64,000 bases of DNA from Nitrososphaerota archaeon. GTDB taxonomy: Archaea > Thermoproteota > Nitrososphaeria > Nitrososphaerales > Gagatemarchaeaceae. The DNA lies in the NCBI GenBank assembly GCA_029785615.1, contig JAFLZH010000004.1, positions 20,545 to 84,544 of the forward strand. Direction: 5' to 3'. Below the pieces are notes generated by a model that saw nothing but the letters and a program-made list of their open reading frames with translations, searched no databases and had not been told where the DNA came from. Both the position numbers and the translations under genes were made by a program. Below are positions 59,001-64,000 of this stretch, in pieces (within the stretch, counting starts at the first letter, position 1; every line of letters starts with the position of its first letter).

Positions 59001-60501
59001 TGGTTGAGGTCGGAACTGCGTAGGAAGCAGAGGTGGCGCCGCTGATCGGTGCGTCACCAGTGGTGCAGGTTCCGGGAGAGCTTGCGGTGTACCATTGGTA
59101 GGTGAAGGTTCCAGTGCCCCCTGTGGGAGCTGGGGCTGTGAGTAGGACGGACTGACCCTGGTCGATCACAGGGGTCGAGGGTGTTACCGACCCTGCCACA
59201 GGCGCGCTGTCAACGGCGACCGCGTCCCCGCTGGAGCAGGCCGTCGCGTGGGTCGGCGTTGCCGAGTCTGTGACATATACGAAGTAGGTTCCGGCCGACG
59301 AGACAGAAAGGGAGGACGCCGTGCCCAGGACCGTCCCTGAGCACCCTGACCCAGAATACCACTGGTAAGTATAGGGTGAGGTGCCGCCATATGGGTTCGC
59401 AGCAAGCGAAATCGACTGCCCGCTGTCAATGGTCGGAGTGGAAGGCGAGATGGCGCCTGCATTCAGAGCGACGGCGGTCACGGCGACTGTAGCAGGCGTC
59501 GAAAACCCCTGAGGTGTAGGTGAATTCGACCCGTCGGACACTTGAAGCTCAAAGCTCCAAGTCCCGGATGTTGTGAGGGTCCCCGTGGACTGAGTGTAGG
59601 TCGTGACCCCGGCGCTGCATGAGAAGGAAGAGCCCAGGTTGCTGTAGCTGCTGGCGCCAGGGGCCTCCTGCAGCCACTGACAAGTGTATGGTGAGGCACC
59701 TCCGCTGAATCCGGAGGTCATCGATAGAGAGGAACTCTGACCCTGGTCTATAGACGACGGCGTGGCCGCGATGGTGGGAGCGACCAGCGCTGGGTTTACA
59801 GTGATGGTCACTTCAGCCGTCGCCGTGTCGGTTGTGACCGTGTCAGTGACGATCAGGCAGAAGTAGTAAGTGCCTGCGGCGGCCGGCGTGTAGTCCAAGG
59901 TCGATGACGTATAGGAGGAGCCCAGGCTCGTCAATGAAGAACATGAAGCGTCTGTGCTTGAGTACCACTGGTAGGTGAAACCGTCTGTTGTCGCACAGTT
60001 TATCGTAGTAGTGACTTTGAAGTCCTCGCCCTTGTTGATCTTCTGATTGGGATTGTTGAATGTGATGCACCCTGTCGTGCCGTAGGCTGCAGAGGTGATC
60101 GGTGTCCCGGTAGCGCAGGTGGAGTTGGCGCATACAATAATGAAGACATTTCCGAACGAGGAGCTTGGGACCGTGTCAGTGATGCCGGACGGTATGTTGC
60201 CAGAGGCATCAGTGGTGAAGGTCCCGTCGGGATGGGATGAGGATGGAGTGCTGCCGGCGTCCAGGCACAGGTTAGAGTGCGCCGTTCCTGACGCAAAGCA
60301 GTACCCTTCCACTGTGTTGGCAGAGTAACCTGTGCCCGACAGCGTGACGACCGTCCCCTGGCCGCCGGAGGACGGGTTTATCGCCAGGGTCGCTGTGCCG
60401 CTGCCAGCGCGCGTTGGGCCAGCAACTGGGATGATGGCGAGCGTGGCCGAGGTCAGCAGCAGGACCGCGACCAGCAGAGACCTTAGCGCACGGGAGTTCA
60501 C
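53077..60501 (-). CDS. Giant (2474 aa) cell-surface protein with about 20 Cys-containing Ig/PKD-like repeats and a C-terminal TM anchor
   Basis: Signal peptide; ~95-aa repeats TIDSGQSVTLTA.PSGG...YTYQWY..C...TYYCY.VTD; C-terminal hydrophobic helix followed by KRRRK. Confidence 0.9.
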   Translation of the reverse strand: MNSRALRSLLVAVLLLTSATLAIIPVAGPTRAGSGTATLAINPSSGGQGTVVTLSGTGYSANTVEGYCFASGTAHSNLCLDAGSTPSSSHPDGTFTTDASGNIPSGITDTVPSSSFGNVFIIVCANSTCATGTPITSAAYGTTGCITFNNPNQKINKGEDFKVTTTINCATTDGFTYQWYSSTDASCSSLTSLGSSYTSSTLDYTPAAAGTYYFCLIVTDTVTTDTATAEVTITVNPALVAPTIAATPSSIDQGQSSSLSMTSGFSGGASPYTCQWLQEAPGASSYSNLGSSFSCSAGVTTYTQSTGTLTTSGTWSFELQVSDGSNSPTPQGFSTPATVAVTAVALNAGAISPSTPTIDSGQSISLAANPYGGTSPYTYQWYSGSGCSGTVLGTASSLSVSSAGTYFVYVTDSATPTHATACSSGDAVAVDSAPVAGSVTPSTPVIDQGQSVLLTAPAPTGGTGTFTYQWYTASSPGTCTTGDAPISGATSASYAVPTSTTSGIYYYCYIITDTGVTSGSTPAPTSGSGTDQVTVNTPLSAPAISQASPAFDVGGSTSLTVTSAFSGGTSSYTCQWLQEAPGASSYSNLGSSFSCSAGVTTYTQSTGTLTTSGVYSFELKVTDSASTPVTTTSTPTTVTANPLPSSVSLGSFAADPVGPTTSDSVSVSWSGGTGTFTVTLYYSTSSSSCSSADTQAGQVTGASSSPQTLSFTSPGSANTYYYCAKVTDANSNSAASPTSGSSLTVNNVLSAGAISPSPVTIDSSQSVTLTANPTGGNPGYTYQWYSGSGCSGSVLGTSQTFSPFPSSTTTYYVLVTDSTSATSCSSGDAVTVDSSPSAGAITAPGSTIDSGQSLLLTSHPSGGTGTFAYQWYSASSPGTCSTSDASISGATSSTYTVPTSTSAGTYYYCYIVTDAGVTSGSSPTPTASSSTFTVTVDAILAAGAVTPTSPIIDSGQSVTLTAHPSGGTGSYTYQWYSGSSSTCSSDITTLGTASTQAVSPTSNIYYCYSVTDSSTNPPTSTSAANLVTVDSALTAGAITPTSPTINSGVSVTLTAHPSGGTGSYAYQWYSGSSAACSSDSAVSGQTSSTYAPSPTSNTYYCYSVTDTSTNTPTVNSATDLVTVNVPLAAGTISPSSPTIDNGQSVTLAVNPSGGTSPYTYQWYTSSDCSTSPISGATASTLAASPGSSTTYYVKVTDSTSTTSCSSGDAVTVDSTLSAGAMTPNGPTIDSGQSVTLTANPSGGTGSYTYKWYSGSSTSCASDTATLGTASTQVVSPTTNTYYCYSLSDTSTNPPTVSSATDLVTVDSALSAGAVTPSSPTVDNGQSVTLTAHPSGGTGAYTYQWYSGSSSTCSSDTATLGTSSAQVVSPTSNTYYCYSISDTSTNPPTTSSATDQVAVDTALSAGAITPASPTIDSGQSLTLTAHPSGGTGSYTYQWYSGSSAACTSDTTPLGTSSIQLVSPTSNTYYCYEVTDASTNPPAVSSPTDLVTVNAAISGVTATPSPAVLDSGQSGTLQVSWTGGTADFTITIYSGSSSTSCALDITQVGSAHANIGTSPLTGVSVSPASTTYYCATVVDSVTGAVSTSSPVAVTVNPALSAGAITPPSPTISSGSSVLLTANPNGGTTAYAYQWFTGAGCTSPISGAISSTYDASPSSTTAYYYQVTDSASTPESACSAGDTVTVNSPAPLPSLHAGPLSPSTATIQAGSDVTFRVTPTGGTSPYTYYWSIPSGVTVVSGCDSTADTCTVTSAAPGSYSVSVRVTDSANDVSTSSPATLKVGPAPLSVLVSAPVSATLGSPVTFTATASGGTSPYTYSWNLPGGMSVASGCGPSDQSCTVIARAPGSYSVGLTVTDADGNTATSSSSVTYGSTLSPGGIEPPSPSIDGGQPITLTITPSGGVGPYSYEWFTGADCSGQVSGTSSSFTVSPSTTTTYWVQVTDATGTKSCVGGDAVTVNGELIAGPITPSAPTISAGQSIRLSASPSGGTAPYSYQWYAGAGCASPVSGATAASFSPSPSTSTVYSYKVTDSAHTPESACSPVDTVAVGSTTVITITPTSGPPGTLIFLSGSNFSPGGNYYYCFEPGVTLSTMSPCPTTYEFTSTSSGAVPPLTVLTAFGQNGLVVVSDASTGQIVAYAVFILTTAPAGGPAIAITPTSGLTGTPVTVDGTGFTPGATVNIVISRGTVAAATVGPNGTFSATFSVPSSPPGAETVTATGSDVATRPGDVATTTFIVTNVGNYHSDVFPVTSTNGTAVVDETATTGISVSIPGLGNAPGTTLRIELANLTLPSYGVTAETFTGAIRYFDVFVVGNGTIPTGLNAHVCITNSIVGAGTGMQYWNGSTWVNPSDITTAGFTICGTVPIARLGGTNFAIGNLQSVPTRVGIASQISWIWFFIIPMLVGSLVFFFAWFFLIAGKRRRKEEEELQTKLGKYDSQQRCLPSAQALPVLARNCHGSGFSALFDISSLLQTSILRP
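58664..59688. repeat. Identical 125-bp direct repeat (58664-58788 and 59564-59688)
   Basis: CCGGATGTTGTGAGGGT...CACTGACAAGTGTA occurs twice, 900 bp apart, inside the giant gene. Confidence 0.9.
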
Positions 60502-60504
60502 GAT

Positions 60505-61044
60505 CTATCTCCTCGCCACCACTACCTCGCAGACGTCGTCCCCCTTCGAGGTGCAGAGCTCCTCCCAGGCCCTGAACTGCTCTCCCTCGAGGACGCTCAT
60601 TGTCCCCTTCAGTAGTCCTACTGTGAAATGGCAGAGCGGAGTCTCGCCCCCGAGCCTCAGCTTGTTGAAGGCGCATCCCTTGATCCTGAAGTTGACCTGG
60701 TCAGATTTGTGCGATGTGAAAGCCTTTAGGACATCCGAGTCGAACACGAACTGCCCCCACCCCACCTCGCTGAGGCTCGCTACGATGTCCGCCATCGAAT
60801 CCTCGGTGAACGGCGTCTCCTTCTTCTGTCGGGTCGCGAGCTCGGCACCAAGCGCCCCGCCGATTTCGTCCATTATGATGGGGGCCCTGGACGGGTCGCA
60901 GGTGTAGATCCGCTTGCAGATAGAGCTCCAGGTGTCTATGTCGACGGCTACGACTCTCCGCCCGTCCCTGACGCTGGTCAGCACTCCGGGGATGGTGTGC
61001 GTGAAAGGACGTGGGTTCTCGGAGGAATGCGGCAGTAGTACCAA
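60505..61044 (-). CDS. V4R-domain protein
   Basis: GWGQF, KGCAF, PLCHFTVGLLKG, EELCTSKGDDVCE. Confidence 0.85.
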   Translation of the reverse strand: MVLLPHSSENPRPFTHTIPGVLTSVRDGRRVVAVDIDTWSSICKRIYTCDPSRAPIIMDEIGGALGAELATRQKKETPFTEDSMADIVASLSEVGWGQFVFDSDVLKAFTSHKSDQVNFRIKGCAFNKLRLGGETPLCHFTVGLLKGTMSVLEGEQFRAWEELCTSKGDDVCEVVVARR

Positions 61045-61153
61045 GTGTTTAACTGTTCAACTGTTAAACTCGTAATTATATAAGCTCAGCGCCACGCCTT
61101 CGACCACATCGCTCCCAGAAAGGGACATAAGCCGATTAGATTCCCACCAGAAC

Positions 61154-61882
61154 GTGCGACGGCTTCCTACCGGCGTGGAAGGCCTGGACGAGATTCTTGG
61201 CGGAGGGTTCGTCCCGGGAAGCTGCGTGACCATATCAGGGGGCCCGGGGAGCGGGAAGTCGACGCTTTGCTCACAGTTCCTATACCACGGGTACAAGGAA
61301 CTGGGGGAGAACGGGGTTTATGTCACCTGCACAGAGAGCCCCGAGGAGATCAAGAATAACTTCAGGGACCATGGGTGGGACATCGACGAAGCAATTCGCA
61401 AGGGGAAGATCAAGATCCTCGACATGAGGCCTGTCCTAGCTACCGAGTCGGGACTAATCACCAGAAACGAGGCGCTCTTCGAAGGGGAGACCATCCCGTT
61501 CAGCGTGGTCGCCAAGGGAACCCTGGATGAAATCAGACGGTCACATGCGAGGAGGGTAGTTCTCGACTCTATCACCACCATAGCGATGCAGTACTCTGGC
61601 GAGTTCCAAGTGAGGCAGGGGCTGCTGGGGCTTGTCCAGGGGCTGTCGAACGAAGACTGCGTCAGCCTTCTGATCGTCGAGACAATCGGGGCCAAGAACA
61701 TCATCCCGGCCGAGTGGGCGCTTTCGCACGGCGTGGTCCTGCTCAACTACACCAGCGAAGCGGCCGAGGTAATCAGGTCGATACAGGTGGTCAAGATGCG
61801 AAGGACGGCGCACGACCAGGCTGTCTATGGAATGGAAGTCAGCAAGGATGGGATAGTCGTCCACACCGATGTTAAGGTCTAG
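61154..61882 (+). CDS. Single-domain KaiC-like RecA-superfamily ATPase
   Basis: PTGVEGLDEILGGG, GGPGSGKS, VVLDSI, IQVVKMRRT.H. Confidence 0.92.
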   Translation: MRRLPTGVEGLDEILGGGFVPGSCVTISGGPGSGKSTLCSQFLYHGYKELGENGVYVTCTESPEEIKNNFRDHGWDIDEAIRKGKIKILDMRPVLATESGLITRNEALFEGETIPFSVVAKGTLDEIRRSHARRVVLDSITTIAMQYSGEFQVRQGLLGLVQGLSNEDCVSLLIVETIGAKNIIPAEWALSHGVVLLNYTSEAAEVIRSIQVVKMRRTAHDQAVYGMEVSKDGIVVHTDVKV

Positions 61883-61884
61883 AG

Positions 61885-62256
61885 TCAGTATAGGTTCGCG
61901 AGCCTGAAGAAGACCTTCTTCCCGACCCTCTTGCGCGCCAGCGCGCCAAGCCTGACTAGCTGGTTCAGGTAGATTGTCTCCACGCTTCGGTTTCTTCCTG
62001 TCTTCTGACCTACCGCGGAGGCGTCGGCTTCGCCGAGAACCCGCATCGCCTGGAGGGACTTCGTCAACGAGTTAGGGAGCTCACCGAGCTTCAGGTCGCC
62101 CAGGGCCGAACCGGGTTTGGGGAGGGATACTCCTGCCCTGAGCATCTCCTCTAGCGCGGTGACGCGAGCTTCAAGCCGCTTGAGTTTGCTGGCCGTGTCG
62201 TTCCTATGCGTGGTGTTAGACAAATAGAGCTTGGTCATTGGAGAAGTGTTCAACAA
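61885..62256 (-). CDS. Coiled-coil + winged-HTH regulator
   Basis: LKRLEARVTALE coil; ADASAVGQKTGRNRSVETIYLNQLVRLG..RKRVGKKVFF. Confidence 0.8.
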   Translation of the reverse strand: MLNTSPMTKLYLSNTTHRNDTASKLKRLEARVTALEEMLRAGVSLPKPGSALGDLKLGELPNSLTKSLQAMRVLGEADASAVGQKTGRNRSVETIYLNQLVRLGALARKRVGKKVFFRLANLY

Positions 62257-62299
62257 TTAAACCCTCTCCCGAATCCGCGCCCTCAACAGTTAAAACGAG

Positions 62300-63841
62300 T
62301 TGGGTTGCTCTAAAAGGCGCGCATTGGAGCAGGAAAGGAGTAGCCATCCACTCGCGGAGGGAGCGCGTGAGGCAAAGCGACCAGGAAAGCTCGTCACTGG
62401 GCATCAGATTCTTGACAAGATCCTGACGGTCTACCAGGGCAACTCGATACTGATGCTGGACGAGACCTACTCGGAGGCGAGGAACTTCATGCAGCTCATC
62501 ATAGAGAAATACAATCCGGGGCTGAAATTCGTCGAGATAACGGACAGGATTTCCCTGGCCAATAGGGAGAACCTAGAAGTCCTCACCGGAGACACTCTTG
62601 CAGACAAGGTCGTCAGGGTGAACGCAATCAGGAGGAAGCATGCGGGCGAGATACTAGTCCACTCGTATCTGCCGTCGCTCCTGATCAGCCAGCCCCAGGA
62701 CAACGTCCTGAAGTACGTCGACGGCTGGAAGAACGCTGCGAAGGAGTTCGAGACGGTCGAAATCTTCCTTATGCCCTCCAACTCCTTCAAGGAGACAGAA
62801 CGGAAGCTGATCGCGCTTCTGGACTGCCGCGTCGAGTTCAGCGTCACCAGGAAGGACAGCAGGATGGCGAAGTACTTTGTAATCTCCGGGTGCTGCAGGG
62901 CGGAGTTCAACATGAAGGAGTTCGAGTATCTCGTCGAGGGCGACAAGCTCCTCGTTGAGTGGGAAGGGAGCCTCACTGACAGGCCCGCCCAGATTTCAGA
63001 AGGCGCACTGGAAAAGAAGTATGGAGAGATCGTCGAAAAGCCAGCGACATTCATCATACAGAAGGGGGCCAACTCGGAGAGGGCTGCGCTCACCGTGTCC
63101 GACTACACCCTAATCCACCAGATTATCGGGATGTCTGCGGGAGAAGTCAGCGCGCTCTTCCCCGAAAGGCCAAAGGAGATCCTGCAGCGGCTCGCCAAGT
63201 GGGACCTTGCGGGCGTAGTGTCGTTCAAACGCGACTTCTCCAGGTCGGCGGGACCGATTCCAGAATCCAAGGATGCGGGCTATTCGGTGCTCAACGCGCT
63301 TAGGCTCCTTCTCCCTGACAGGCTGGTCGCCTGGAGCTACAAGATGGGGACGCAGGCAGTCCCGCTGGAGTACTTCGTGGCGAACAGGGAAGCGCTGAGC
63401 ACGGTGATTGACATGCTCACTGAAAACGCGGCGAACAAAGACAAGAACGACTACTTGAAGTCGATGCCCCAGATCGAGCGGTCGGTGTTGGAGATGGCCG
63501 CGAGGAGGGCGGCGCTGCTGGAGGTGCCGAGGCACCACGAATCCACCGCCGCTGCCGCGGCCAGGAAATACATTCCCAAGATAATGAGGGTGAGCCTACT
63601 GAGCGCATTCATATTGAGGTCGAAGATCGACAAGATCTCTGATACCGAGTACCACATCGTAGTTCACAACTGCTACATCTGCGGCAATCAGACCACCAAG
63701 GTACCCATGTGTTCCTCCGTTTCGGGGGGCCTGGAAGGGGTCTGCGGGACCGTGTTCAAGCTGAAGGCGGATTGCACCGAGGTCAGATGCAAGGCCCTGG
63801 GGGACAGGAACTGCGAGTTCAGACTTCGGCTCTACTCCTAG
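62300..63841 (+). CDS. Degenerate KaiC-like domain + wHTH-like segment + V4R fusion
   Basis: LVTGHQILDKIL start but no GxxxxGKS; C-terminal HNCYIC..PMC..GGLEG..EVRCKALGDRNCEF; start uncertain. Confidence 0.75.
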   Translation: MGCSKRRALEQERSSHPLAEGAREAKRPGKLVTGHQILDKILTVYQGNSILMLDETYSEARNFMQLIIEKYNPGLKFVEITDRISLANRENLEVLTGDTLADKVVRVNAIRRKHAGEILVHSYLPSLLISQPQDNVLKYVDGWKNAAKEFETVEIFLMPSNSFKETERKLIALLDCRVEFSVTRKDSRMAKYFVISGCCRAEFNMKEFEYLVEGDKLLVEWEGSLTDRPAQISEGALEKKYGEIVEKPATFIIQKGANSERAALTVSDYTLIHQIIGMSAGEVSALFPERPKEILQRLAKWDLAGVVSFKRDFSRSAGPIPESKDAGYSVLNALRLLLPDRLVAWSYKMGTQAVPLEYFVANREALSTVIDMLTENAANKDKNDYLKSMPQIERSVLEMAARRAALLEVPRHHESTAAAAARKYIPKIMRVSLLSAFILRSKIDKISDTEYHIVVHNCYICGNQTTKVPMCSSVSGGLEGVCGTVFKLKADCTEVRCKALGDRNCEFRLRLYS

Positions 63842-63905
63842 TCGAATGGTCCGACGACGTCCCTCCCGAAACACGCATAAAGTGAACCTCTCATAAGGGG
63901 GGCCG

Positions 63906-64000
63906 TTGCACAGGTTCGCACACATCGCGGATGCGCATCTCGGGGCGCATCGGGAGCCAAACCTCCAGAAGCTCGAGTTGCGGACGTTCGACTCGACGAT
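63906..64000 (+). CDS. mre11: Mre11/SbcD nuclease, N-terminus (runs off window)
   Basis: Manual translation MHRFAHIADAHLGAHREPNLQKLELRTFDST; FAHxADxHLG motif. Confidence 0.7.
   Translation, partial: MHRFAHIADAHLGAHREPNLQKLELRTFDST

Noticed and set aside
58664..59688. Repeat pair as the template/variable repeat of a diversity-generating retroelement
   Set aside because: The copies are identical (no adenine-specific mismatches), both are in-frame within one gene, and no reverse transcriptase is in the window.
61154..61882. KaiC as a circadian clock
   Set aside because: Single-domain protein with no kaiA or kaiB; fits the general archaeal KaiC-like family.
1..64000. CRISPR array, IS elements, integrase or provirus
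   Set aside because: No regularly spaced short repeats and no transposase, integrase or capsid motifs seen; no duplicated tRNA 3' ends noticed.

Overview
GC-rich archaeal chromosome segment. Gene content (TFE, Trm56, TiaS, Tsr3, pelota, archaeal DnaG, NAC, Trm112, BHB tRNA introns, stand-alone 5S rRNA, ArsR/ATP-cone/NrdD-like fusion) suggests a TACK archaeon, most likely a non-ammonia-oxidising, heterotrophic Nitrososphaerota/Thaumarchaeota lineage (inference). The window holds a 2-oxoacid dehydrogenase/lipoate operon (HTH-lipA-fused E1-E2-E3-lipB) and a short SMC-like ATPase with no hinge or zinc hook, followed by kleisin-like and KITE-like genes and flanked by two Lhr helicases. It also holds mntR/mntH with a palindromic operator and housekeeping translation genes. 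RNA genes are SRP RNA, RNase P RNA, 5S rRNA and five tRNAs that all carry introns (two have three each). Further along are an archaeosortase next to its likely substrate, an apparently catalytically dead HTH-NrdD fusion upstream of nrdJ, and a TiaS lacking its zinc ribbon. An accessory block between the RNase P RNA and mre11 encodes a 2474-aa Ig-repeat surface protein with a V4R/KaiC/HTH/KaiC-V4R signalling module. No CRISPR array, integrase or transposase was seen. All calls come from motif recognition by eye; no searches were run.
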